Of a stretch of DNA of 64,000 bases, positions 33,933 through 44,810 are shown piece after piece (positions within the stretch are counted from its first letter, which is position 1; the number at the start of each line of letters is the position of its first letter). Origin of the DNA: Microcystaceae cyanobacterium. Lineage in GTDB: Bacteria; Cyanobacteriota; Cyanobacteriia; Cyanobacteriales; Microcystaceae. Made by a program: the position numbers and the translations under genes. Location of the stretch: assembly GCA_041746575.1 (NCBI GenBank), contig JBGTGT010000120.1:11339-75338 (forward strand). The letters run 5' to 3'. Below the pieces are notes generated by a model. It had not been told where the DNA came from. It ran no database searches and saw nothing but the letters and a program-made list of their open reading frames with translations.

Positions 33933-34304
33933 ATGCGTAAACCTCGCTACTACTATCACAATGGTTTTCGGATGCCGATGGGTTTTCCCCCTGAAAGTTT
34001 TGAATCAGGCATTCGCTATTTAGCACAACCTGATGATATTTTCGTCGTGACCTATCCTAAATGTGGTACAACTTGGACACAATATATTATTTGGTTACTC
34101 TATCATCAAGGTTTACCTCTCTTATCCTATCAACGACTTAATCAAGTTTTTCCCCATTTAGAAGAAAAGGGACAAGCGGTTATTAAAAATTTACCTAAAC
34201 CTCGATTCATTAAAACCCATTTACCCTATTCTTTAACTCCTTATCATCCCCAAGCAAAATATATTTATGTTACCACATCCATTCTACAGAGTAGAATGAA
34301 ATAG
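33933..34304 (+). pseudogene. Truncated sulfotransferase (Sulfotransfer_1)
   Basis: TYPKCGTTW 5'-PSB motif and FIKTHLP are present; similarity stops at KYIYV, where the 3'-PB motif RNPKD is expected. Confidence 0.8.
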
Positions 34305-34371
34305 CCCTGCCCAAATTCAGTATTTATCATTTATAATAAGTAACTTATAACTCAATTGGTGTGAGTGCAGG

Positions 34372-35181
34372 ATGAAACTATCAGTTATTATTCCCGTCTA
34401 TAACGAAATCCATACAATAGATAGCGTTATTTCTAGAGTATCTCAAGTTTTGCCCCATATTCCTAAAGAAATTGTCCTTATTGACGACGGTTCAACCGAT
34501 GGCACAAGAGAATGGTTAAAGCAAACCTTTGGCGCAAGGGAAGATTCCCCCGTACAGATCAAAATGCCGTTGGAAAACGCCTTAATCGCTGAAGAGGAGA
34601 CATATTCCCCCCTTACTAACCGTTCTGACGTCGCAGTCTATCCCCGATCTTCTGTCACCATTAATATTGTCTTGCATCGACGGAATAAAGGCAAAGGGGC
34701 AGCCCTACAAACAGGCTTCAAAGCGGCCACAGGTGAGGTATTTGTGATTCAGGATGCTGATTTAGAGTATGATCCCAGAGATTGGAGCGAAATGTGGCGA
34801 TTAATCGAAGAAGGATGGGCAGATGTCGTCTATGGTTCTCGTTTTTATGGAAAGCCTCACCGAGTGCTATATTTTCATCATTTATTAGGAAATCGAGTAA
34901 TTTCTTTCTTGGTTAGTTTGCTATCCAATCTCAATTTAGATGATATCGAAGTTTGCTATAAGATGTTTCGGCGTGAAGTGTTAGAGGGAATGAAGTTAAC
35001 CTGTAATGATTTTGGCTTTGAAGTCGAATTTACAATGAAAATGGCCCGTTCTCGTCGTCGTTGGCGAGTGTACGAAATGGGGATTTCCTATTATGGCCGT
35101 ACCTATACCGAAGGAAAGAAAATTAACTGGAAAGATGGGATTAAAGCGTTGTGGTATATTCTTAAATTTAGGTTTACTTAA
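34372..35181 (+). CDS. GT2 glycosyltransferase (DPM-synthase-like)
   Basis: IIPVYNE, DDGSTDGT, QDADLEYDP, EGKKINWKDG. Confidence 0.92.
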   Translation: MKLSVIIPVYNEIHTIDSVISRVSQVLPHIPKEIVLIDDGSTDGTREWLKQTFGAREDSPVQIKMPLENALIAEEETYSPLTNRSDVAVYPRSSVTINIVLHRRNKGKGAALQTGFKAATGEVFVIQDADLEYDPRDWSEMWRLIEEGWADVVYGSRFYGKPHRVLYFHHLLGNRVISFLVSLLSNLNLDDIEVCYKMFRREVLEGMKLTCNDFGFEVEFTMKMARSRRRWRVYEMGISYYGRTYTEGKKINWKDGIKALWYILKFRFT

Positions 35182-35217
35182 AATGAGTAAAATAGAGTCT
35201 TTGAACATAATTTTAAA

Positions 35218-35894
35218 ATGATTGAAGACACTTTTTTTTTCAGAACCATTTCTGTTGATGTTGATGCGGCCATGATTGGCATTGGTCGCTCTCGATGGAT
35301 TAGCATTAAACCGGAAGACGAATCAGTAGAAAAAGCGATCGCTATCATAAAACAGGGAAGATTTGATGTTTTACCTATAAATCCGGGAGATTCCTATCCC
35401 ATTTATCATTATTTTAGCACTTCTCGACCCCATTGCTGGACAGATAAAACCGTCAAGAAGCACACTTAAAACACGCTGATATCTTACCGGCTCAAACCCC
35501 GATTATTGACTTAATTGAAAAATTAGCACGAGATCATCGGACATTTTTCTTCTTAACATATATGAGTAAAATTGCCGGCTTAGTATCCTTAGTGAATCTC
35601 AATTCTAGAGAAGTTCGAGTCTATTTATATTCTTTAATCTGTGAATTTGAAACCCGTTTAATTCGCTTACTAAAACAGAGCCAGCTTTCTGAAGAAGTTA
35701 TACTTTTAGAAATGAAAGAATTTGCCCAAAAAAACTACCAAAAAGATAGAGAGGTAGGTTATGATAATGAAATTACCGAATATTTATATCTTCGCGATTT
35801 ATTAGAAATTATTTGGAAAAATGATCTCTATAAAATAATGGGATATGGCGGAACGAATCTCCCTAATAAACTCGCTCCTCATCGTTTAAACTAA
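35218..35894 (+). pseudogene. Frameshifted CBS-like domain protein
   Basis: The two ORFs join through a shifted frame (LKHADILPAQTPIIDLIEKLARDHRTFFFLTY) starting at about 35466. Confidence 0.65.
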
Positions 35895-36022
35895 CAGTAA
35901 TACCTATTAGAGATTGAAATAATTCTTTACTATTAAATATTCATTATTAACTATTCCCTGTTTCCTTGAATAAATTTGTCTAATACGATAAAATGACTCT
36001 GAGATATTAGTGACTTTTGCAA

Positions 36023-37318
36023 ATGAACCCAAAAACAACCTCTAAACCTTCACTGCTGGTCATTTATTGGATTTCTTCAATCGTTTTTCTAAGTTTCATT
36101 TTAGGAACGCTGGTATATGAGTTCAAATTATGGCCGTATAGCTCATTAAACAAGGCCTACACAGCCGCTAGAGCATGGAAAGAAAAATTAAAGCCAATTG
36201 ATCGCTACGAAACGAGTTTTTTTGGTGAAGTGCCTCGTCAAGGTAGTGGCATATTGCAATTTGATAAAGAAAAAGCTTACAAAGGTTACACAGTGTTCAC
36301 CTCCAGTCATGAACAAAAAGCCTTTCTCTTGTCGATGGATGGACAAATTGTACATGAATGGCAAATCCCTTTTTCCAAAGTCTGGACATCCTCTCCACCG
36401 CATATCAAAATCCCCAACTCGGATGACTTTATTGTTTTAGCAAAAGCTCATGTTTATCCCAACGGAGATCTGTTAGCGATTCATCAGAGTATGAATGACA
36501 CGCCTTATGGCTATGGACTGGTTAAAGTTGACCAAAATTCTAAAGTAATCTGGAAATATCCTCACAATGTACATCATGATGTTACTATTGGTAAAGATGG
36601 AAAAATTTACACCCTTACCCAAGAATTAGTTAAAGATAAAATTAATTGGTATGATGATCTAATCATTGTTTTATCCCCTGAGGGTAAAGAACTTAAAAAA
36701 CTTTCAGTCGCCAAAGCCCTCCGCAATTCGGATTACTCAGACACTGTAAAAAAAATTCGCAGTTGGGATCCACTCCATACTAATTCAGTAGAAGTTCTCA
36801 ATGAAGAAATGGCTGACAAATTTCCCTTATTCAAAAAAGGTCAAGTCTTAATTTCTTTAAGAAATCCTGAGATTATTGCTATTGTTGATTTAGAGGCAGA
36901 AAAAGTAGTGTGGGCAACAACAGGTTCATGGCGACAACAACATGATCCCGATTTCTTACCAAACGGAAATATTCTTTTATTTGATAATGAGGGTCATATC
37001 GGAGAGGGCGGAAAATCAAGGGTGATGGAAATTAACCCCAATACAATGGAGATCGCTTGGCAATACACAGGTGGTAAAGATAATATTTTTGATAGTCCAG
37101 TGGGTTCATCTCAGCAACGATTACCTAACGGCAATACGCTCATTACTCAAACTTGTTTTGGACGAATTTTTGAAGTTACGCCTGAGCAAAAAATCGTTTG
37201 GGAATTTATGAGTCCCTTTAGGTCTCCCCATGATGAGCAAATTGTAGGAACCGTCTATCAAGCACAACGTTTCAAACCCGATTTTTTTAAGTTTAAATTT
37301 AATTCAGTCAAGAATTGA
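36023..37318 (+). CDS. Arylsulfotransferase (ASST)-family beta-propeller protein
   Basis: N-terminal TM; HHD, HTNSV, QQHDP, LLFDN, QRLPNGNTLIT. Confidence 0.8.
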   Translation: MNPKTTSKPSLLVIYWISSIVFLSFILGTLVYEFKLWPYSSLNKAYTAARAWKEKLKPIDRYETSFFGEVPRQGSGILQFDKEKAYKGYTVFTSSHEQKAFLLSMDGQIVHEWQIPFSKVWTSSPPHIKIPNSDDFIVLAKAHVYPNGDLLAIHQSMNDTPYGYGLVKVDQNSKVIWKYPHNVHHDVTIGKDGKIYTLTQELVKDKINWYDDLIIVLSPEGKELKKLSVAKALRNSDYSDTVKKIRSWDPLHTNSVEVLNEEMADKFPLFKKGQVLISLRNPEIIAIVDLEAEKVVWATTGSWRQQHDPDFLPNGNILLFDNEGHIGEGGKSRVMEINPNTMEIAWQYTGGKDNIFDSPVGSSQQRLPNGNTLITQTCFGRIFEVTPEQKIVWEFMSPFRSPHDEQIVGTVYQAQRFKPDFFKFKFNSVKN

Positions 37319-37389
37319 TACTTCAACTCTTACATTTCGCTCTAGAGTGGGATTCTTGCATTGTGACAACAAATTGTTTTTATAAATTC

Positions 37390-38889
37390 TTAATTTAGAG
37401 ATTGCTCTTTCAACTGAGCGTAAATAGAGTTTACTTGTCCTAACAGAGAACTAGGCACAGTATGGGTATCAATTTCTTTAAGAGTAGTATGATGGATGCG
37501 AGTTGCTGATGCCATCAACGCCTCTGGATAACGACTATTCACCACCTCTGCTAAGATCCTAAGGCCTTGTTCCGGGTTTTCGCATAAAGTATCGTAATTA
37601 AAAAAATTCAGAAAACTGCTCTTTTTTGCTAAAAGCTGTTTGTAACTGGCTACCCAATATTCTAACCAAAAAGCGAGAGAATCAGCCTCTTTTGACTGCC
37701 GTTGGTCAAACCAATCATCGAAATCAACAGGGCAGAGATTTTGTCCGAAATCATAATGACCAATCGCTCGCATATAGTCCGACGCAAAGCTATCTTCTTT
37801 ATGAATGCGCAGAAAATTACGATGTTGCTTCAAAAGAGAAGCAGTGTGATTGAGCGGTTCTCTAAAGGGAATAATAATAATCGAATCAGGGAAAAGTCGA
37901 TGTAATAACACCGTCCGCGCAATATTGAGGTTATTCTTCGATACATAGCGCACACCTTCCACACCCGGTTGCTGACGCAGAATGATCATCTTGCGGATAT
38001 GACTGCGGAAAAATTCCTCAAATTCTGGGTCTGTTTCATAATCCCATGGAATAATGCGATCTTTATGATAATGTCGTCGCCAAAACGCCTTCCATACGAC
38101 TTCCTCTAATGCCTCTGGACTATCTGGCGTAACTTGCATTCCATCCCCATGCGCTCGTTCTTGAGATTGCACCGTCTTCTGAAAAGATTTTGAGAAACGA
38201 TGCCACAGACAAGGAATTAAAACAAATGGCATATCACGATAACAATGAGTCGCAAACTCCGGCGTATTGGCGAAGCATTCAAGTAATAAAGTTGTTCCTG
38301 CTCGCGGTAATGCAGTGATAAAAACGGGCTGTTCAAGTCGACAGGAAGATAATTCTTTTGAATACAGAGAATCTTCCATATCTGCCAAGGCGATTTGAGC
38401 AGTAGAAGTATTAAAGGCTAGATAATATAATGCCCGATCTAGTCCAGAGAAATTACTGGCTTGAACCTGATTTGACACTTCACCCTTGTTAGACGACGGG
38501 GAGGTCGTTCGGGTCTGATGGGGCTTAAAAAATAATACTATCACTGTAAGGATAGTGCTAACAATGAGAAAGACAGGTGATAGAAGGGTATTAAAGACAG
38601 CATCTAGCGAGAGTAAACCCAGCTGTTCTCCTAGCCATAATACTCCTACGGGCAGCAGAAAGGATACAATTCCACCAAAAGCGAGAATAAAAAACAAGCC
38701 GAATAGGTATTTGGCATTTTTTTGTAGCAAAGACTCCTTTTCCGCTTCACTGAGAGTGGAAGAGCGAATGATGTCTAAAGAACTACTGGCGATCGCTGTT
38801 GCCTCTCCACTTTTTTCAACCAGCTTAAAACGCTGTACTAAGATAAGAAAACCGACAACAAATAACGCAGCACCTATCCAGTGGCTCAT
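37390..38889 (-). CDS. Membrane-anchored sulfotransferase
   Basis: Three N-terminal TMs; FITALPRAGTTLL PAPS-binding motif; SKNN and FREP motifs. Confidence 0.82.
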   Translation of the reverse strand: MSHWIGAALFVVGFLILVQRFKLVEKSGEATAIASSSLDIIRSSTLSEAEKESLLQKNAKYLFGLFFILAFGGIVSFLLPVGVLWLGEQLGLLSLDAVFNTLLSPVFLIVSTILTVIVLFFKPHQTRTTSPSSNKGEVSNQVQASNFSGLDRALYYLAFNTSTAQIALADMEDSLYSKELSSCRLEQPVFITALPRAGTTLLLECFANTPEFATHCYRDMPFVLIPCLWHRFSKSFQKTVQSQERAHGDGMQVTPDSPEALEEVVWKAFWRRHYHKDRIIPWDYETDPEFEEFFRSHIRKMIILRQQPGVEGVRYVSKNNLNIARTVLLHRLFPDSIIIIPFREPLNHTASLLKQHRNFLRIHKEDSFASDYMRAIGHYDFGQNLCPVDFDDWFDQRQSKEADSLAFWLEYWVASYKQLLAKKSSFLNFFNYDTLCENPEQGLRILAEVVNSRYPEALMASATRIHHTTLKEIDTHTVPSSLLGQVNSIYAQLKEQSLN

Positions 38890-39131
38890 TGTGCCTCCTT
38901 TTGACCATCATTGTCTTCTTTCGATTGCTTACGCTTCCGCATCAGTCGTTTAATGGGGTACCACAAAAAGCCAAATAAAGCCGCAAAAATGCCGGCAACA
39001 AGGGCAAAAAAAGCACCAATGGCCGCTAAACCCGCACCCGGTCCCACATAAGCCATGGCGGGCTGGGATATAATCAGAACAAGGCATAAAGAGGCTAAAA
39101 ATAATCCGACAAAGTTGGGTAGCTGTTTCAT
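38886..39131 (-). CDS. Small membrane protein (AYVGPGAG family)
   Basis: Signal peptide, AYVGPGAGL, TM helix ending LWYPIKR; 4-bp overlap with the sulfotransferase start. Confidence 0.75.
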   Translation of the reverse strand: MKQLPNFVGLFLASLCLVLIISQPAMAYVGPGAGLAAIGAFFALVAGIFAALFGFLWYPIKRLMRKRKQSKEDNDGQKEAQ

Positions 39132-39605
39132 TTTTCTGATATTGAAGTAACTAGGGTTTTTAGGGGTTAACAACGACTGCTATAAAATCAGGGCTGATTT
39201 GTCTTTAGGTAAAAATTTGCCCGTATTTGAGCATTGCTAAATAAGTCATAAATTAAGTCTTTCAAGGAAGCGTTTGATCTCTCAAATCGTACCTTAACAA
39301 CATTACCGAGTATCGTAGCATTTCTGGACAATTCTGACTCGAAAATAGAATTTTAGCAAAAAGCTATCAGACGCTTGGCAAAATTCTCGAAATTTAAGCC
39401 AAAAGAGACTAAAAAAAGGTTGGTGAGAGAAATTCTGCTTTTTTAGGGATATGGCTTAAAAAAAGAGCCCAAAATTATCAATTTAAACGATTTTAATACT
39501 TTCGTTTTGAGTGCCAACGGTTTGAACTCCTATCCGTCGGGTAGGAGTTGTTGGGTTAATATGCGGTTAATTGCGTTTAGGAAATTTTGGACAACAGGTT
39601 CAATT

Positions 39606-41234
39606 TTATTCCCATTCAATCGTTCCGGGCGGCTTAGAGGTAATATCATACACCACACGGTTAACGCCTTTCACTTCATTAACAATGCGGTTAGAAATGG
39701 ATTCTAGGACATCATAGGGAACCCGCGACCAATCTGCCGTCATACCATCTTCACTACTAATTAGCCGTAGCACAACAGGGTGAGCATACGTCCGTTGATC
39801 TCCCATAACGCCAACACTGCGAATAGGCAGTAAAACAGCAAAGGCTTGCCAAAAATCATGATACATTCCTTGTTTCGAGATTTCATCCCGTACCACAAAA
39901 TCCGCATCTCGCAAAATATTGAGTCTTTCGGCGGTAACTTCTCCAATAATGCGAATCGCTAAGCCTGGCCCCGGAAAAGGATGACGACGTACGATTTCTT
40001 CAGGCAATCCAATCGAACGCCCTACATTGCGCACTTCATCTTTAAATAGCTTTCTGAGGGGTTCAATTAATTTGAATCGTAGATTTGGGGGTAATCCCCC
40101 TACATTATGGTGACTTTTAATCTTAACGGCTACTCTTTCCCCTGTTTTGGGATCAACATTGCTGTCGGCGGATTCAATGACATCGGGATATAATGTCCCT
40201 TGCGCCAGATAGTCAAAAGGACCTAAACGATTCGATTCTTCTTCAAAAACCTTGATAAATTCGTAGCCGATGCGGCGACGCTTTTCTTCAGGGTCAAGGA
40301 CTCCCTCTAGTTGCGTCAGAAAACGTTCACGGGCGTTAACATAAGCCACAGGGATATGAAATTGTTCATCAAACAAGGTTACTAAGCGTTCGGGTTCACC
40401 TTTACGCATGAAGCCTTGGTCAATAAACATACAGGTTACTTGATCGCCGATGGCGCGGTGCAGTAAAAAAGCAAGGGTTGAGGAATCTACACCCCCTGAT
40501 AAGGCTAATAAGACCCGTTTATCCCCGACTTTGCCTCTAATTTCCCGAATAGTTTCCTCGACAAAGGCTTCCATTGTCCATGTCGGTTCACATTCGCAAA
40601 TATGATAAACAAAATTACGAATCAAGGCGATACCCCCAATCGAATGGACGACTTCGGGGTGAAATTGGACACCAAAGAGTTTTTTCTCAGGGTGAGCGAT
40701 CGCCGCACAAGAAGTATTATCGGTATGGGCTAAAATTTCAAAACCATCGGGTAAGTTCGTACAGGAATCGGCATGACTCATCCACATGGTTGCGCCACTG
40801 TCCACATTAGTGAGTAAATCGGTGGGATCATCAATATGAAGCGATGCTTTGCCGTATTCTCCCCGTTTCGCCCGTTCGACTGTGCCACCGAGTTGTTTAA
40901 CCATCAATTGCATTCCGTAGCATACCCCTAAAATGGGAACACCTAAATGCCAGATATTGAGGTCACATTGGGGCGCATAATCGTCATAAACGGAGCTTGG
41001 CCCTCCTGAGAGGATAATGCCTTTAGGATTAAGATCTTGCAGTTGCTCGGCAGTGGTGCGATAGGATAGCACTTCAGAATAAACACTTGTTTCTCGGATG
41101 CGGCGGGCAATCAATTCAGAATATTGAGAACCAAAATCTAAAATAACGATAATTTGACGATTTAGCTTATTGTCGATGGACTTTGTCGGCAAAGTCGGTT
41201 TAACGTCGGGCATGGCAGGAGTCTGAGTGTTCAC
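39606..41234 (-). CDS. guaA: GMP synthase (glutamine-hydrolysing)
   Basis: [45 protein letters not shown]. Confidence 0.98.
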   Translation of the reverse strand: MNTQTPAMPDVKPTLPTKSIDNKLNRQIIVILDFGSQYSELIARRIRETSVYSEVLSYRTTAEQLQDLNPKGIILSGGPSSVYDDYAPQCDLNIWHLGVPILGVCYGMQLMVKQLGGTVERAKRGEYGKASLHIDDPTDLLTNVDSGATMWMSHADSCTNLPDGFEILAHTDNTSCAAIAHPEKKLFGVQFHPEVVHSIGGIALIRNFVYHICECEPTWTMEAFVEETIREIRGKVGDKRVLLALSGGVDSSTLAFLLHRAIGDQVTCMFIDQGFMRKGEPERLVTLFDEQFHIPVAYVNARERFLTQLEGVLDPEEKRRRIGYEFIKVFEEESNRLGPFDYLAQGTLYPDVIESADSNVDPKTGERVAVKIKSHHNVGGLPPNLRFKLIEPLRKLFKDEVRNVGRSIGLPEEIVRRHPFPGPGLAIRIIGEVTAERLNILRDADFVVRDEISKQGMYHDFWQAFAVLLPIRSVGVMGDQRTYAHPVVLRLISSEDGMTADWSRVPYDVLESISNRIVNEVKGVNRVVYDITSKPPGTIEWE

Positions 41235-41485
41235 GATGGGGCGTTTTGCAAGGAAACGAGGTCATAATTTTGTTTATTTTAACCTGTTTTTGTTTAGGAA
41301 ATGAAATGGGACAATTCATCTTTGTTCTGAGGATTCAAACCTGAGATCCTTTTTTACAATTTATTTAGACTCGCTATAATAAAATTCTTTCTTGCTTAGA
41401 CAAAGATTAATCAATTAATGGTAATTCATCATTTTTGAAATTAGAAACCTTATTTTTTAAGTTTTTTATTACTTGAGAAGTTAAA

Positions 41486-41654
41486 ATGATGACGTTCGCC
41501 AAGACCCCTATTCTGTATGATGAAGATTTTGCTTTATGGGATGAGGAAACGTTACAGTAGTTAAAGATAAAGGATTTGGATAATCTTGAGCTAGAAAATT
41601 TAATTGATGAGGTGAAATCTTTGACAAAACGAGATAAACAGGAAATAAAGTCAG
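41486..41654 (+). pseudogene. DUF29 family remnant
   Basis: LYDEDFALWDEETLQ*LKIKDLDNLELENLIDEVKSLTKRDKQEIKS resembles the DUF29 N-terminus, with an internal TAG and a truncation. Confidence 0.7.
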
Positions 41655-41681
41655 GTGAATTTACCTTTCACAAATAAAAAT

Positions 41682-42005
41682 TTAGAAATAAATTGAACCA
41701 TCAGGACGCATATAAAAATGATAAGAAGGTTTAATTCCAAATAAAGTCGGTAAACCTTTCACATCAATACAAAAACAAAGTGTCCCATCTTTAAGAAGAG
41801 TATAAGCTTCTGCGGAAAAATAAAATTCTTGACCATTAATCACCCTTATCATAGACAAATGTTCTGCCGGAAGGAGTAGATCCTCATAAGGTTTTTGCTG
41901 ATACTCTGTGGCAACTAAATCCACTACTTGTTGTAGAATGCGATAGTTTTCTTTGAGTTGTTTACGTTGGGATGGTATTAAAGGAAAAAATTCAGTGAAA
42001 AACAT
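41682..42005 (-). CDS. Hypothetical protein
   Basis: 107-aa ORF with ATG start; no recognised motif. Confidence 0.55.
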   Translation of the reverse strand: MFFTEFFPLIPSQRKQLKENYRILQQVVDLVATEYQQKPYEDLLLPAEHLSMIRVINGQEFYFSAEAYTLLKDGTLCFCIDVKGLPTLFGIKPSYHFYMRPDGSIYF

Positions 42006-42061
42006 TGTGGCTCAAACCTTCATCTATAGCACTACGTTTTATATTTAAGGTAGCCATAAAT

Positions 42062-42095
42062 AAAAAAACCGGATATCTGTAACAGAAACCCAGTT
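42062..42095 (-). terminator. Terminator downstream of the hli gene
   Basis: Minus strand AACTGGGTTTCTG-TTA-CAGATATCCGGTTTTTT. Confidence 0.55.
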
Positions 42096-42130
42096 CATAC
42101 ACGGAGATTGACAGTTAACAAGAAAGGGAA

Positions 42131-42283
42131 TTACATTAATCCCCAGAAATGCAGAACACCTTGGCCAGAGACTAATTCGACGATTAAAGCGGCAACAAAC
42201 CCTAACATTGCCAGACGGCCATTCCAGTTCTCTGCATAGCGAGTAAAACCGAAGCGAGACTCATTATTCGTGTTGTTGGTCAT
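42131..42283 (-). CDS. hliC: High-light inducible protein (Hlip/SCP), 50 aa (absent from the ORF track)
   Basis: [39 protein letters not shown] with the ExxNGRxAM chlorophyll-binding motif; paralogue letter inferred from the short length. Confidence 0.9.
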   Translation of the reverse strand: MTNNTNNESRFGFTRYAENWNGRLAMLGFVAALIVELVSGQGVLHFWGLM

Positions 42284-42474
42284 AGTAATTTCCCCTGATG
42301 TAAAAAAGTATTAAGAACTATATTAACAAATGTAACGAAAAAAAACAGACATTGCAACCATGACACAGGGAAGTCGGCAATTATCCCTTTAGATTATGGT
42401 TTTCACGGTCTGCGTTTCTGCCCCTTAATTGTTACAATAAGTTAACGAACTCCTTGGTTGTGAAAAAATAACCC

Positions 42475-44466
42475 ATGCCAGACTCTGTTATGACCCAAAA
42501 TCCAGACCTTGTGACCATCGATATCAAACCCCAGTATATCCCCACCACTCATCAAACCCCCTTAGGACCAGTCTATGACAATCAGCCCGAAAGCTGGCAA
42601 TACAACCCTGAAACGATTGAAACTTACTATCGCCGGCGGCCTTTACAAGTTTTATTTCGGTTGATTAATATTTTGTGGCCGTTTGCTTCGTTTGCTTTGG
42701 GTATTTGGTGGGATAAAGTCACTAACAGAGGTTCACGACAACGTCAACGCCGGGCATTACAACTCAAAGAAATCCTAACAAAACTGGGGCCAACCTACAT
42801 TAAAATCGGTCAAGCTTTATCGACACGCCCTGATTTAGTTCCCCCTGATTATCTCGTCGAATTAACTACCTTACAAGACCAATTGCCCTCCTTCCCTAAC
42901 GAGCTTGCCTATCGTTTTATTCAAGAAGAACTGGGTCATCCTCCCGAAGATATTTATGCGGAATTATCCCCTCAACCCATTGCCGCCGCATCTTTAGGGC
43001 AGGTGTATAAAGGTCGTTTAAAATCAGGGGAGAAAGTCGCCGTCAAGGTGCAACGTCCTGACTTAATTCGTCGCATTACCTTAGATATTTATATTATGCG
43101 CCAAGCGGCAAAGTGGGCAACCAAGAATCTTAAAAAAATACGATCAGATTTAATTGGTATTACAGACGAATTGGCAAGCCGAGTTTTTGAAGAAGTTAAC
43201 TATATTCAAGAAGGGCAAAATGCCGAAAAATTTGCAGAACTTTATGGACATCTACCTGAAATTTATGTTCCTAAAATTTATTGGGAATACACAGGACGAA
43301 GAGTCTTGACAATGGAATGGATAGATGGCACTAAATTAACCAACACACAAGCGATTCAAGCTCAAGGCATTGACGCTGCTCATTTGGTAGAAGTAGGCGT
43401 TCAATGTTCTTTAAGACAACTGCTAGAATCCGGTTTCTTTCACGCAGATCCCCATCCGGGTAACCTTTTAGCTATGCCCGATGGACGATTGGCTTATTTG
43501 GATTTTGGGATGATGAGTCAAATTAAACCCTACCAACGCTATGGGTTAATCGAAGCCGTAGTTCACTTAGTCAATCGTGATTTTGAATCCTTAGCACGGG
43601 ATTATATCAAGTTAGAATTCCTGACACCTGATACGGATTTAAGTCCCATTGTTCCCGCTTTATCGCAGGTTTTTGGTAATGCGTTAGGGGCAAGCGTGGC
43701 AGAACTAAACTTCAAAAGTATCACCGATCAAATGTCAGCGATGATGTATGAATTCCCCTTCCGTGTTCCCGCTTATTATGCCCTTATTATTCGCTCAATG
43801 GTTACGCTAGAAGGGATCGCTATCGGTATTGATCCTAATTTTAAGGTACTGAGTAAAGCCTATCCTTACGTTGCTAAACGATTATTAACTGATCCTTCAG
43901 AAGAATTAAGAACATCCTTAAGAGACTTGTTGTTTAAAGATGATAGTTTTCGTTGGAATCGTTTAGAAAACTTACTCAGAAATGCAGTCGATTCTCCCGA
44001 CTATGAATTTGATAAAGTCCTCGATCAAGCAATGGATTTCCTATTATCAGAACGAGGAAATTTAATCCGCAGTCGTCTAGTAGATGCTTTGGTGAATAGC
44101 ATTGATAATCTCAGTCGCCGAACTTGGTTTAATTTAACCACAGGCGTTCGTCAACAATTCGGTATGACAGTGCAAAAAATGCCCGAAGATTTAATTGAAA
44201 GTAGTCAAACCCTACACCATTTACAAAATATCTGGAAAATTCTGCAAAATACTCCCGGCTTTGATCCCTTGCGGGTAATTCAATTAAGCAATAAATTAGT
44301 CACAAAACCCGAAACCTATCAAATGGGACAACAAATTGTTGAAGAATTAACCCAAAAAGTGATCGCTCGCGCCCTTCGCAATTTATTTTTAGAATGGGAT
44401 AAAATGGCCCAAGAAGATCAAGTTTCTTCGGTGTCCAAATTTCCCCCTTTACTATCAGGAAAATAA
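42475..44466 (+). CDS. AarF/ABC1/UbiB family kinase
   Basis: LGPTYIKIGQALSTRPD, AAASLGQVY, VAVKVQRP, HADPHPGN, DFGMM. Confidence 0.93.
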   Translation: MPDSVMTQNPDLVTIDIKPQYIPTTHQTPLGPVYDNQPESWQYNPETIETYYRRRPLQVLFRLINILWPFASFALGIWWDKVTNRGSRQRQRRALQLKEILTKLGPTYIKIGQALSTRPDLVPPDYLVELTTLQDQLPSFPNELAYRFIQEELGHPPEDIYAELSPQPIAAASLGQVYKGRLKSGEKVAVKVQRPDLIRRITLDIYIMRQAAKWATKNLKKIRSDLIGITDELASRVFEEVNYIQEGQNAEKFAELYGHLPEIYVPKIYWEYTGRRVLTMEWIDGTKLTNTQAIQAQGIDAAHLVEVGVQCSLRQLLESGFFHADPHPGNLLAMPDGRLAYLDFGMMSQIKPYQRYGLIEAVVHLVNRDFESLARDYIKLEFLTPDTDLSPIVPALSQVFGNALGASVAELNFKSITDQMSAMMYEFPFRVPAYYALIIRSMVTLEGIAIGIDPNFKVLSKAYPYVAKRLLTDPSEELRTSLRDLLFKDDSFRWNRLENLLRNAVDSPDYEFDKVLDQAMDFLLSERGNLIRSRLVDALVNSIDNLSRRTWFNLTTGVRQQFGMTVQKMPEDLIESSQTLHHLQNIWKILQNTPGFDPLRVIQLSNKLVTKPETYQMGQQIVEELTQKVIARALRNLFLEWDKMAQEDQVSSVSKFPPLLSGK

Positions 44467-44469
44467 GCC

Positions 44470-44772
44470 ATGTTTAAAGCGTTTTTGACGATTTCAAGCC
44501 TGTTTGCTATTATTTCTCTTAATAGTACTGCTTTTGCTCAAATTCGTGGAGGTAGTTCTACTGAATTCTTCCAGCAAGGTCAAGATCAAATGGATCGTGA
44601 AATCCAAAGAATAGAAAATCAAAGAGAAGGAGAAGAAGAAAATTTAGAACAAACCCTCAAAATTAAACAACCCGAATCGGAAGACATTGAGGAAATGCCT
44701 GATAATCCCGAAAGCATAGATCATAACGTTCCTGAATCCACCGAACAAGAAATTGAAATTAAGCCAAATTGA
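44470..44772 (+). CDS. Hypothetical secreted acidic protein
   Basis: Signal peptide ending AFA; FFQQGQDQMDREIQ. Confidence 0.65.
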   Translation: MFKAFLTISSLFAIISLNSTAFAQIRGGSSTEFFQQGQDQMDREIQRIENQREGEEENLEQTLKIKQPESEDIEEMPDNPESIDHNVPESTEQEIEIKPN

Positions 44773-44810
44773 AAGCGAATGTTTAAAATATCAGAATAAA
44801 CTAGGAATAT

